Source: Schmidtea polychroa
Taxonomy: Eukaryota
Direction of reading: 5' to 3'
DNA length: 64,000 nt
Assembly: GCA_044892525.1 (NCBI GenBank)
Contig: CM097887.1
Coordinates: 55,428,001 to 55,492,000, forward strand
Position numbers and translations under genes: made by a program. Shown here piece after piece: positions 51,076-64,000 of this stretch (within the stretch, counting starts at the first letter, position 1; each line of letters starts with the position of its first letter). A model generated the notes under the pieces. The model was not told where the DNA came from and did not search any database. It was given only the letters and a program-made list of their open reading frames with translations.

Positions 51076-52545
51076 TTTATTAACAATGAAGTATAAAACA
51101 AAAAAATCGTAACCTAGTTTCCTTGGTAAATTTCTATTTAAACAAATTAGTAAGAAAGTTTTTTTATGTAAATAAATAAAATTTGATTTTCTCGATAGAG
51201 ATATAAAGTTATTTGACGAATAATTTTTAATTGAATTATAAAATAAAGTTATATATGACATTTAAATTATTTTCTTAATATTCTGTAACTGTAATTACTA
51301 TTATATTTGGTCAACATTGCACTAAAATTAAGAGCAACAACTATTTGAATACAGCATCAAGTAATATAAATAAACAATTTTGGGCTGCAACAATGATATC
51401 TCTTAGAAATTAAAAGATAAATGAATTATAGATTTCATATAACAACCAAATTTCTCAAATAACTACATCTTTTACAGAATATCAGGCGTTTGTTCAAGAA
51501 AATATATAAAGAAAATTTTCATAATCGGAAGTTACTTCAACATTGTTTCTTAATCTTACACACTATTAGGCTCGTCTGGTTTATAGGTAGTTTAATTCAT
51601 CGTTTGGAAAGCTTATATTCCTTTTTCTGGGATGGGCCTTCTGAGTTAACAAAAGAGCATGGAAAACAAACTTAATATTTATCTATTTCTTATTACCGTT
51701 CATGATTCACACGAGTTTACATTGCTTTATCTGCTTATGGATAAGTGGCTTCGGTCGTGATGTTTTATTAGCCATAATTGATGTGGCTATAGTTGAGAAA
51801 GACGTAAATACTTATACAATAATAGTATAGTTAGAGAAGTGCCATCGCCAAACCAAAGATAGCTGTTGGTGATAAAACATACGACTAATTTTGAAATGTG
51901 TAAAATCGATTTTATATTTTGTTTTTAAAGAAGCAATTGATTTTTTATGGGTGTTGAATCCCCTTGAAATTGAAATCAGCCAATATCATTGATAATGGAT
52001 ACATCATTAAATACCTTAGTAAATGAATAAATACCAATAAACTAAGATAATGATAGTTAATTTTAATGTGCAGTTTGATTATAAATTATTTATAAGTATT
52101 TATAAACTCCTGACAGTAAGATCGAAGTGACTTTAAATTTAACTGCCCAGAAAAAACAGCAGAATATTTCTTCGTTTCTATATTAGGTTACAAATATTAA
52201 GACTATAAACTACCTCGGTGGATTTAATTCCTCATGACTTGCGCAAACAAACAAAGTAATATCGACTTTATAATTTTAAATTACAACTATTTTCTCTTCA
52301 ATTTGCTATGCTTTTGATTATTAGTCACTTGAAATCATCAAAGCTCTCTAGTCCCCATATATCTGATGGAATTTCAGAGCTCAAACTTTATCCATTAAAA
52401 AAGTGTTTTCAAAAATCATTAAGCCTAAATAACTAAAATCGAGACAAGTGTTGAAAATACTGTTTATAAGATCTACATTAAAGTTATTATTTGTCTCATT
52501 GACGTCTCAAAATTATCAATCCCATAATTTCTAAAATTCTTAATA

Positions 52546-52772
52546 CCGTATATTTCGGCGTATAAGGTGACCGTCAGATAAGACGAGGTACAAAATTAGA
52601 GCAAATTTTTATGATTTATCATATATCGGTTGTAGTAGTATAAATACAACTAGTATAAATACAACTACCTGTACTGTAATACTTTCTTTTATATTGGTTG
52701 TATAAGACGACCCACAATTTTCAAGGGTGATTTTTTGACTTTAAGGGTCGTCTTATACGCCGAAATATACGG
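52546..52772. mobile_element. pogo/Tc1-mariner-type MITE, 227 bp
   Basis: Perfect 21-bp TIR CCGTATATTTCGGCGTATAAG flanked by TA on both sides. Confidence 0.92.
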
Positions 52773-52787
52773 TAAATAAGTTTAGTA

Positions 52788-52995
52788 AGTATAGGGGTCC
52801 GCTAGATCAGGAGTCCGCTAGATCAGGAGTCCGTTAGATCACATTTAAAATTCTTTTCAAAGTCAAATATTTTAAGGTAAAGGTCAATTTTTTTTAAAAT
52901 TTTGTAATTTGAGAGTTCGCGCCAAGAGATATTATTATTTGTTAATTCGTTTTAAAGGTATTTGAAAAGGTTATAACGCATAGGGATAAAAATGA

Positions 52996-53055
<60 letters not shown>

Positions 53056-53957
53056 CCAATATAAAGGTACTGGTCACANNNNNNNNNNNNNNNNNNNNNN
53101 NNNNNNNNNNNNNNNNNNNNNNNNNNNNNNNNNNNNNNNNNNNNNNNNNNNNNNNNNNNNNNNNNNNNNNNNNNNNNNNNNNNNNNNNNNNNNNNNNNNN
53201 NNNNNNNNNNNNNNNNNNNNNNNNNNNNNNNNNNNNNNNNNNNNNNNNNNNNNNNNNNNNNNNNNNNNNNNNNNNNNNNNNNNNNNNNNNNNNNNNNNNN
53301 NNNNNNNNNNNNNNNNNNNNNNNNNNATTAGTTTTCATAATAATGATAATAAATTAAGACATTAAAAGATATATTAAATCACAGATCAATTCGATAACAA
53401 TTCGTCATCTATATCAATATCATTGTCATCATCATTGAAATCTAGACTTAGATCAACATCTAAGGCATCTATTCCTAAATAATGCCCAAATGCAAGACTG
53501 GAATTTTTCTCCACCCATAGTCGTTTGTCATCGTTGTTTGACAATGCAATCTTGGTATTTTTAAACGTAAGAAGCTGGTGGTTGCGTGTCCCTATTTTCN
53601 NNNNNNNNNNNNNNNNNNNNNNNNNNNNNNNNNNNNNNNNNNNNNNNNNNNNNNNNNNNNNNNNNNNNNNNNNNNNNNNNNNNNNNNNNNNNNNNNNNNN
53701 NNNNNNNNNNNNNNNNNNNNNNNNNNNNNNNNNNNNNNNNNNNNNNNNNNNNNNNNNTATTTTCAAAGACCTTTAAACGAGTTATCAAATAATAATATCT
53801 TTTGTCGGGAACTCTCGAATTTCAAATTAAAAAAAAATTTGACCTTTACCTTAAAATATTTAACCATTGACCTATATATTTGACCTTGAAAAGAATTTTT
53901 AAAAGTTTCCCCCGGAGAGGGGGGGTATGTGATCCAGCGGACCCCTATCTATCTACT
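52788..53957. mobile_element. Miniature Polinton/Maverick-like element
   Basis: Imperfect TIRs of about 190 bp (52788-52975 vs 53760-53957); both ends begin AGTA; 6-bp TSD TTAGTA/TTAGTG; carries a DNA polymerase B C-terminus. Confidence 0.7.
53386..53599 (-). CDS. C-terminal fragment of a Polinton-type (protein-primed family B) DNA polymerase
   Basis: KIGTRNHQLLTFKNTKIALSNNDDKRLWVEKNSSLAFGHYL matches the recalled pattern H.L.T....K.ALS..DDKR......TL..GHY; acidic tail; TGA at 53386-53388; 5' part runs into the N gap. Confidence 0.7.
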
Positions 53958-56900
53958 TTAGTGATATTTGTTTTTTGAATTATTTAGAAAATTGCCTAGA
54001 AAATTGAATAAATAATTTCAATTGAAATTCTGTTTGGTTTTAATTAAAAAGATAATACTAGTAGGTGATTCTGAATTCTCCTGTTTTACAAAATAAAACA
54101 AAGCACTATAAATACAAAAAATATTTGTATTTACATTAATATATAACAAATTGCACGCTCGAATTGTCATAGCAAGAAATGATATGCGTTATGAAAATCC
54201 AACGAGTCCCGCTGAAGCTATTTGATTCCTTGCACTCTGACAGAATATTCACGTTCAATTATCTGATCCTGATTTGATCTTAATTAATTTATTGACTTTC
54301 TTAATCCATCGTTAGCCCTAATTACAATAAACTTAGTATATTCGCAAATCCTACTCTCAAGTTCTTCACCCCTACGCGAGGCAAATTCTGGTGGCTTCTA
54401 ATTTCGATTTGTCTTATATAGTAGAATAATTCATTTAATTATTGTTTTAAGCCAAACCGCTTGTTTGACAAATTTCTTTGCGTGGCTTCCTTTCATAATC
54501 CCGTTTTATGCAACTTCCTCGTGATAATCTTTATCTAACTCTTCCCAATAATCATGCTGTCACGATAATCGCTTCCCAAAACCAACTTTGTTTATCATTT
54601 TTGTTGTTTAGATAAACTCGAATTATCTATAGTTAATTAATTAATTTTATTCCCTTGATTTATCAGACTTTTTGGTGTTTTTAAATTGCAGATGGTAAAT
54701 AATAATGAAAAGTTGTTGTCGAATCTTGACGGCAATCGATAACGTAAATTTTGGGAACCCCTTATCTTTAAGCTTTCACTTTAGAACAAGACTGTAGAGA
54801 GATTGGAATCGAGCTCTCACCAACTTAGAAATACTTGAAGACGGTTGGATAAAAACCGATATATTTTCTTAAGAATGTCTTGCGGCGTTTTTAGGTTTAT
54901 TTAAATTATAATCCGAAAATCATATTGAGCGAATCATATCTAATATATTATAAACGAAATAGGCTTGTCTTAGTTATTTAAACGCACTTAATATTTTGAA
55001 GTCAGATAATGCAAACTATGTTAGTCGTATTACTCACATACGATCGTAACAACAAGGTCGTTCTTAATCAACAATTATGGAAAATATTTTAACGGCTTGG
55101 CCAAGAAAACGTATCGACAATTAGGGAAATCTTAAAAATAAAAAGACATATGGACAGTCACTTGAGATAGTAAGAATGAACAAGAAAATCGGAGATTTCT
55201 TCTAAGTACCAGCAAATGATAGTCTATATATGGCAAAAACACAAATCAGAATTTAAGACAGAATTTAAAGGAAAATAAAAATTAAGAAAGTTAAAAATTG
55301 GAATCAATAAAAAGAGCATTGACTACCAAATTGATACCAATATCGTGAATCAAATTAATAATAAAGTATTAAAGTATCTGAGTTGAAGATATACCAATTA
55401 TCAGTTCAGCAACGATAGTCGAGTGGTTGTGTATTCAAACTTGTTATCAAAAGTGCTATTCCTCGCGAAGTGTTCCAATAGGCAATAATCTGTAAAAATC
55501 AATAAAGTTTTATATTGTCTGGAATTTTTTGTTGTTACCAAACACCACTTGCTTTTTTTGTCATTTCAATAATTAGTAATGCTGAGTTTTTAATCAGTAA
55601 TGTCGGTTAGTTTCTGACTCCTCATGTCCCTTTTAAAATTCAAATAATTAAGACACAACACAAAACCAATTTATTGATTCTCAATTTAATTTACACTCGT
55701 CGCTAATTTGCACCTTTTTTCAGAAATTTCTTTTGATTTACATTAAGGTGAACAGTCCAATGTAGCCTTGCCAAGAACGTAATTGTAGTTTTATTCAAAG
55801 TTTGCTTCTCTCTCTTCACTAACTTCTGTCTGATTCGCTTTTGGCTTCACCTCAAATAATTCGTTTAAATCTTTTTCTTCAACCAAATGGAAATTTAGTT
55901 CTCAACCGTCTCCTTTTTATACTCTCTCTTTCAAAACAATTTAATTGTCGTTCAACAATTATAATAGTTGCTTCCACAACAAGCAAATTGTTGGGCCTCG
56001 TCTCCTTGATGATTTATTCATTTTCACTATTATTTGATCTTATTTTGTGAAATAATTTGATTTTTTATTGAGTTTTGGGTCACAATGAGTTCTGACATAA
56101 GTGTTATAAGCAGCGATCCAGGGTGCAAAAATTTTAGAAGCAAAAACACAATGTTTTAAAGCAATATTCTTATGATAATACAAAAAACTATTTTTATAAA
56201 AACAATAGTTAGCGAATCTAAACTAAATCTACTATTCAACGCTAATTCAAAAACTCGACAACAATTATAGAATTATAAGAAATTTTTTCAATTTTCATCA
56301 CTGATTTCTTTTCAATTGACAATGTATTTATTATAGATCTCTTAACACTTCAAACCAGTTCAAAAACGCATTCGCCTTGCATCGACAGTGCGACGGTAAA
56401 TTTGCATTCAAGACACTTTTAGACACTTTGTTGAACCTATCTACTATTGATAATAATATAGATCAAATTTGATAAAGAACATGATAAAGAGTGCTATATG
56501 TTTTGAATGTTGCATCTATAATAATTTGTCCGGATGCTTTTAATTGCATCCCCAACTGTTTAAACACGCGGAAATTTTGGATAAAAATTATGACAAAATC
56601 TTTTGTTTATATACTAAATCTTTTTGTTTCAACCAATAAAAACTGATTGTCAACATTTATTATATTTTGATGTCTGACATAACTTATTTTCATTGACAAT
56701 ATAATTCTTTACTTATTTTTTTTGATAATTACAAATTGATTAATATAAAATTTTAACCTTATTTACTATCGACTCTATTATTTAGGCATTTATTATTTTA
56801 TTATTTTAAAGATTTATTATTATTTGTTTCCGCCAATTTTGGCGTGGCTTTTGTATCGCGTCTGTGTGCGCGGTTGTTAGACAGGTTCTATTTTTAGTGT

Positions 56901-56998
56901 GCGCACATAGACGCGAGAAATAGGTTTTTGTATTTTTATACTAGAGTTTTGAAATTGTTAGTTTTGTAGAATTGATTTATGTTTCTGAAGAATAGAAT

Positions 56999-57756
56999 TT
57001 GTTTTACGAGGAGGATTTTTGGATGTTTTTTAAAATGGAGTTTGATCATGTCATTGGAAATGAATTGATACATGATGATGATGTATATTCTTACAAATAT
57101 AAAGTAGAAATTCAAAATATGTTCAATAACAAAATTCGTTCATTTGATTTCCCCAAATCTGACAATTTCAAAATGAAAATCTCTTGTACATTTTTTAGTA
57201 TCATCCAAGATTTCGAAAATCTTAAACAGTCGTCGGAAAATGTTATTAAATCATCTGGTGAATATTATGACACCTCTATTAGACAAAGTGTTGACAGAAT
57301 AATTGCTGCAAAAGATAGTGCTATATATGATGCTGGAACTCCGTTTAGAATTACAAGTCAAACCATAGATTTTTGGTCAAATGCCACTAATAGTTTTGTT
57401 CATCGTTTCATGTCAAAGAATAATAAAACGGAATATGGAACTGCCGAAAAGAAGGAATATGATATTCTATTTAATCGAGCTCTTAAAAGGATAAACACAA
57501 TTCAAATGTTTGCTGGCAAAAGTGTTGAACAATTATCCAATTAATTAATTAATTATCCAATGTTTTGAATTCAATATACGATCAATCAGTGACAAAAAAC
57601 AAAGAATGGTTGAAACAATATTATGATGACTTCACAGATGAAATGATAACAGTTGTGTTGGATTATATTTCTAAAGTTAATAAAGAAAGTCTTCTTCTGG
57701 GTCTTAATGTTTTCTGTAAACAATTATTATTTTTGGTTCCAAGAATTATATATTAA
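56999..57756 (+). other. Intronless orphan ORF (181 aa) plus a frameshifted continuation (63 aa)
   Basis: An ORF of 181 codons is long for this AT-rich context; no family recognised; lies about 85 bp downstream of a conserved inverted-repeat element. Confidence 0.35.
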
Positions 57757-59609
57757 ACCATAATCATAAAAAATAGAATAATTGTCACCTTAAAAATGTA
57801 AGATATCTACAGTAATACTCAAATTATAAAGTTAATCAGCGAGAATCATAAAACGAATTGTCAGATGATTAGAGAAAAACAATTTTATAAAAAATATTGG
57901 AAAGGGAATTGATCTAATTTGGGTTAAATTGTGTGATACAAATTTGCAGAATTTTTTTAATTATTAACTTTATTCTAAAAAATAATTTTTATCTCTAATT
58001 CTAATTTTATGTCATCTTCGTGCTCTATTTGGTTCGATTTTTATTAATTTTAATTAAATTTAATCTAATTCCCTTGTTATTTACTAAATGGTTTAAATCA
58101 CTTAGTATTACTTGTTAATGAAAAATTTGTAATTTAAACTTTGTGCCTATGTATATGTATATGTTATTGTCTTAGTAAAACAAATCTTCAATGCCTTCTA
58201 TTTTGCTTTAACATATTTAACACTATTTTTTCTCACATTTTTCACAAGCGTGTTAAACATTCGATAAAGGACATACTGAAAATTATTACAATTACTTAAT
58301 TAAATTTCAAAGAATATTTTTTTCCAAAAAAAAATATTTTAAAAAAATTTTCCGGGAACCAAAATTTTGTATTCGTCATTTTTTCTCAGTTTACCACAAA
58401 TTAATTAAAAAGCAAACTGTAAACCATTTCAAAGTTTGCTATCAAGGCAGCATTCATATTTTCAACGCGTATTGAAGCTATGTTGAATGTTAAAATTTCC
58501 GAAAAATAAATATATTAGATGATATCCAATCTCTGATAATAGACACTTAGAAATGTCACAATATCAATGCAACTGGTGACGATTCCTTAAGTGCCAAATT
58601 TCAGACAACTGTTTAATAAAAAGAAAGTCCTAATTAATCCAAAAATAATTACATAAAATTATAGAAAATATTTAATATGCATAATAATAAATATCATAAT
58701 AATTTATTTAATTACAAACTTTACAAAAAAACACTTACTGGGAAATAATTAATTTCATCAAGTTATCTGAAACAAACAGAAATATATGGAAACTTAAATA
58801 GAGTAATCTTAATAACAAGCTCGCAATTCTCAGCTTGTGTGCCTGGGCTTGTTCCTGTATTCATAGATTCTATAGTAGAATTAACCTAACTTGACGCATG
58901 CCGTCTCTTCAACAAAAACGGGTACAAATAAATTTCCACACAATTCAGACACACTTTAATGTTTTCATTTTTGTAAGTTGTCATAGTTGCCCAGTGAATG
59001 AGTATTTCTATGTATTAGAAGAAATAGGATTTTCAATCTTGTGCATAAAATCCAATGTGCCTCATTAGAATATAATCACTATAATAATGCAGAAATACAT
59101 CGCGCAGTTTTCAATGTAAACAAACGGATTTAGTTTAATTTTCCTAAGTTTACTTAAACAATAATACAAGGAACATTAATAATAAATTTTGAGTATAACA
59201 TAATAGCGAAGAAAATTAGATTTGTTAGAAATTATTTAAAATAAGTTTCAAATTGCTTATAGAAGGGCGGAGTTTGCCAAGCAAAAATAATAAATGATTG
59301 TTAAATTAGTTGTTTAATTAAACTGCTGCATTCTTTTTTAATAGTTTGCTTTTTGAATTAAAAATTAAATATAATTATATACAAATGTAGGAAATGAAAT
59401 TTGCGAATCTTTAAAAATTTTTAATATGATAAATTTTAATGTTAGATAACATTTGTTTTCATATCACTTTTTTAAGGGAATATTTATTCCTTTTATTATG
59501 TTTAGAATAGTTTTAGGAGTGTTGACTTTTAAAAATTTCAGAACTTCATGAATATATAATGCAAATAAATTATGTAAATATTTAGCTAGCTATTGATACT
59601 GGACGTGCA

Positions 59610-59850
59610 TTCTCATTTAGATCATCTTTGTGGCCTACAAATTATTATCGACGTTTTATTAAAGATTCACCTGTTGCAACACCGGGAAAAAATAAATACA
59701 ATGCGGACTGATGAATACAGTCAGTTTTTATAATTTAATGAGAACTATGCAAAGCTTTAGAACTTGTGTTTCTGACTTCAGACGGAATGTTTACAATTGA
59801 TGCCAGTTTTGGAGTGATTTGTGCTGTGTTAAGAGACCAAAGCACATCCT
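59610..59850 (+). mobile_element. Ty3/gypsy RT-RNase H junction remnant
   Basis: NYYRRFIKD...ELCKALELVF...FTIDASFGVICAVL. Confidence 0.6.
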
Positions 59851-60529
59851 GTTTACAAAAAAAACAGCTCTTCATAAATTTATTTTTCATTTTAGTAAAT
59901 ATCTATATGACATTATATTCACTTACAAGAACAGATCATAGATTTGATTTGCAAGAGCACTGTTCAGTAAGCAAGCAAGAGTTGCATCAATAAATAAACA
60001 ATAAATACTTTCTTTGGTAAACTAGGTGGTAAATTAACTGATAGAAAGAAGATTTCGAAATTTCGTTTATCGGTGGCCTTTTCAGTGGCCTTTTTTCAGT
60101 TTCTCGGAAAATCAGGAAAAATAAGGAAATAATTAACTGTCCCATCAAGCGTCTCCTTTGTGGTAATCTTTTTTTGGTTTTCCCATTACTTATGCTGTCA
60201 TTATAATGGTTTCCCACCATCGAGTTTATTTCCTCCTCTTTCTGCTTAGCTCGGGTCTTCCATGAATTTCTTAATTAATTAATTACAGATTTTCTGTTTT
60301 GTAAGTTTCATTGCATTTCGACCATTTCTGAACATAATCAGCTAAATACATTCTAGCCATGATCTTCCATACATTTTTACTGGTTGTTACCCCATTTGGC
60401 GAATAAATTTAAACAACTCTTAATTAATTTTCTTGTTTTTAATTAATTTATACAGTATCTCTTTTAATAAATTCTCATCCTTAAGAGGAGGCTCTATTCC
60501 ATCTTTAGTATTCTGCTTTTTATTTTTAT

Positions 60530-61250
60530 CAATATATTCCATCATACTCGAACTCAACACACTTCACATAATTAGTAGTAATATCCTTCATCGATCGAAG
60601 TATATGAAAGTATAAACTTTCAATCTTAGCACATAATTTTGTTTCATAAACTCTTTTCTTTGTGGAATGATTGGGACCAAATTTCAAAATGCGATCTTCC
60701 TCTTCAGACAAAACAACTTTACTTATGTTTATTAATGCATTCTCTACATTAAATTTAGAGATTCCAAATAATTTTCTCAGAGTTTTTTATTTATTAATAT
60801 GAGCATTCTCTTTTGATTTTAATTAAGAAATTGAATTTTTAATACACCATTCAACACATACCTGCAAACAAAACTCATTTGTTATTTCATTCTAAGTAAA
60901 TACAATATTTAATAGTTTTTATCCAAGGATGTTCTCCTTATCTTCTATAATTCCAACATTCTTCTTAACGTTTTTTATGTTTTATTTGAACATCTTTACT
61001 TGAAAGACAATCAATAAGTTTCATTTTAAAAATGATCGAAGGAATCATCTTTTTTTCTAGACTAGTGTATTATAAATCTTCATTAATCTTTTGAATACTG
61101 GAACAGCAGAAACATGGTTAATAGTTGTTTTAATATTATTTGCAATTAAATATAATTTTCGAAATGAATACAAACCTAATAACTTTTCTTTTATGTTACA
61201 CGTACTTGTTCTTCTGTACTTTTTGCAAACATGATATCCAGTCGCAAATT
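60530..61250 (-). mobile_element. Penelope-like element N-terminal ORF remnant
   Basis: LINISKVVLSEEEDRILKFGPNHS...CAKIESL resembles the PLE motif INLS...LS..E..+L..GLNF...IE; no RT core follows. Confidence 0.5.
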
Positions 61251-63599
61251 TCAATTTTTAAATAAGTCACTTTGATTCATATCAAAATCAAGTGTCAAAA
61301 AGCAAATTTCAAGAACGAATACTTTGTTTTAACTCCACATAAGTTATGTAATAACTTATGATTTTATCTTCAATCACTTTATTTTTTATATTTGATGGCA
61401 AATAAGAGCACTATCATTTTCAAAATAAAAATCTTGAATTAGTTTCTCAATTAACAGTATTCTTGATTCCAGGGATCATCTTTATTTTAATAGTAACATG
61501 AAGGAGATGGCTCCTAAGTCACTCATATTGCGTCATTTCAATGTCAAGAATGTTGATTTTCTCGTTAATAAGTTACAATAAAATGTAGACATTTATTATA
61601 ATTTACTTATTTATTATACTATTTGCTTTTTAGGTATCCTCAACAATAAATATTACAATTTAATCATTTTTTTAGAATCTTCTATGATAATAAAAAAATA
61701 TTTCTATTTCGAATGACGAATACGATGTTTGTGTTCTCAAGGTATGGCAAATGACTTTGCTCAAACTTAAACCTCTTCCAACTGTTTTAAAAGTCAGGAA
61801 GGCAACTATTTTTGGCGTCTAAATTTTTTTAATGTGTCACTCTATAATAAACGATAATAAAATAATTAAATGAATAATTAGTTTGCAGTGAATTAATTTT
61901 AATCTAATAAACTTATATATTTTGTCAATTCTGTCCTCATTGAGTGTTTGATTCAATTACACCTTTCACAAGGGCTTCGAAAATGCATAACAATAACATT
62001 ACATCACCAATTTTTAACAATTTAAGGAACATAAGGACTGTGTGCCTGAATTTCATTAATATTTTTAAAAAATTGAATAAATGATTTTATAAGGACTATC
62101 TTATAGTCGAAAATTTTTTCATTAAATACATTATTTGCAACAAAAGGCTTAAATTATCATTTTATGGTATTAATAATAGTAATTACAATTTCGTATTTAT
62201 TATGAATTTATGATTAATTTTTGAAAACGGAAAGATTTATTAAATTATTATTTAAATACATTTTTAAAGCTATTCTAAAATGTTTTCAAATACAAATAAT
62301 TTTTTATGTGATCGCAAAAATGTTTTTCTTTGTTTCATAACTTCGATCAACTTTTTATTTTATCAATTTCTTAGTATTACAAAATATTTAACTTTAAATT
62401 TATTATTTCAATAATAAATTACGTTCTTTGAGATTTTTCTACCATATTTACCATAATTTTCGGTAATCTATCATTACTTTCCAGATTTTTAAATAAATTA
62501 TAATATACCCTACACTCTTTTGCTTCGCTACTATTTATGGAAAGATATAATGTGAAAAAGCGGCCAGAAAATCCTCAAACTGCATATATTTCTGCTTTTC
62601 AATTACCTTCCGTCAGCACATTAAGGATATGAGATATATGATATCTGGCCACATAATAATAAAATAAAATTTCATTCTATTTTCAACTTTTCTTGGTTAA
62701 CTAAAAATTAAAACAATTCTCAATATTGAAAATTTTCTGGGATTAACAAGCATATCGAAAGTTGAGGGTAAAATTAATAAAAAAATTTACTAAATTTACT
62801 AATAATCTAGGTGTTTATTTAAATGAATAGAAAGACAATCAATTAAGCTCAGATGCCAATTTAAAAATAACCAAATCATCTGTTACTACAATCGGAGTTG
62901 AATATTGGCGAGTAAATCGCTTTGCATGACTAAAGCTAATGAGCGATGACGAAATGTTGGATTTTGTAAATGTATTTGTGATATTTACATCTTCAGATTT
63001 TGAAGCTACAATCTAAAAATAAATATTTTTATAATAATAAAAAAAATAATCTTTAGTAAAAGATGACAATTATTATTTGCATTTCTAATATGAGGTATGC
63101 AACTTATCTATTTAAGTCTTCCATGTTAACTTGTGTCGTATGTTTATTCATTATTCATTAACCTTGAAAATAGTTGAACGTAAATTGAAGGTGTCAAAAT
63201 GCGCTTCCACACACGATGAATAATTACGCATTGTCGATTTGTCTCAATCACTTGTGCTGGAATGGCGTATGAAACACGCAATTGTCACTACTCAAATATG
63301 GAAATTGTGTGTAAACGTAGCTTTCAATTCCATTCTACAATATTTCCCCAAAAACTATCACTAAGATATCAGCATCACAATGTAACATTTTTGAAATCAG
63401 TTATGAAAATTAAAGGGTAACACATGGGTTTTAAGGTGCCCTCAGTTTTTTTAGGAAAAATTATTTAGATTAGCAAATATTTATATTTCAAAAAAATTTA
63501 CATTGCTCTATATCTAAAAACTGGTTTCAATAATAATCAGATATATTTTTAAATCAACTATGAAATTGCTTGAATTGATTGAATTAACAAAAACAGACT

Positions 63600-64000
63600 A
63601 GCGCATTTGAAACCGCACTTGGTCTGGGCCTAATAAACACCACCAAAAGACTTTGCAGTATTTTTAAAGGGACAATGCATATTGAAAAGGATAAGCTAAG
63701 GCATGAATTATATGGAAGATGGAGATATTGTAGAAAAAACTGCCTTAAAACAGAAAGGATTTATAAAGGTACAATTTTTCATCAGGCACATTTGCCAATT
63801 TCAAAAATACTGCGGCTTCTATATATGGTGGGAATGAGCTTGCCACCTTTTATCATAAATGATGACCTAAACATAAATGTTGAGACGGTGTATAAATATA
63901 AAAATATGGTAAAAAAATAAGCTATTGACTTAACATTGATGAAGGGGAAATTGAGAGAAGATGGAAGTGTAATCGAAATTGATGAAACACATTTAGTTAT
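63600..64000 (+). mobile_element. Merlin (IS1595/ISXO2-like) transposase, inactivated, continues past the window end
   Basis: RWRYCRKNC.K...IYKGTIFHQAHLPISKIL..LY...NINVETVYKY..., then a stop, then KLREDGSVIEIDETH (Merlin KLGG.G..VEIDET). Confidence 0.85.

Noticed and set aside
54740-55200. Possible gypsy integrase core (ERWNRAL-like after a frameshift)
   Set aside because: A single short motif requiring a frameshift, with no supporting D,D35E context.
2297-64000. Alternative genetic code or stop readthrough explaining in-frame stops
   Set aside because: All three stop types occur together with frameshifts in dead elements, while the three intact genes translate cleanly and end in standard stops.

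Overview
AT-rich eukaryotic (animal) scaffold segment with three assembly gaps (31577-31830, 53079-53326, 53600-53757); no prokaryotic operons, CRISPR, rRNA or tRNA were seen. Manual splicing reconstructs three intact-looking genes with very short GT-AG introns (mostly 39-61 nt): PSMD7/Rpn8 (16663-17783, +, 5 exons, 314 aa), a PX+MIT protein of the SNX15/RPS6KC1 family (21592-22686, +, 6 exons, about 276 aa) and the ciliary dynein assembly factor DNAAF1/LRRC50 (43986-51075, -, 12 exons, 565 aa). Disrupted copies of NDUFA7 and an IAP-type RING gene are also present. Most of the rest is a transposon graveyard: hAT (a hAT nested in a hAT, plus MITEs, mostly with exact 8-bp TSDs), piggyBac, Tc1/mariner/pogo, Chapaev3, Merlin, gypsy, BEL/Pao, a Penelope-like remnant, solo LTRs and minisatellites. 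The most notable object is a 1.17-kb element (52788-53957) with long TIRs, AGTA termini, a near-perfect 6-bp TSD and the C-terminus of a protein-primed-type DNA polymerase B, i.e. a probable miniature Polinton/Maverick. The intron sizes would fit a compact-intron ciliated invertebrate such as an orthonectid, but that is unverified inference. All protein identifications come from motif recognition by eye; no searches were run.
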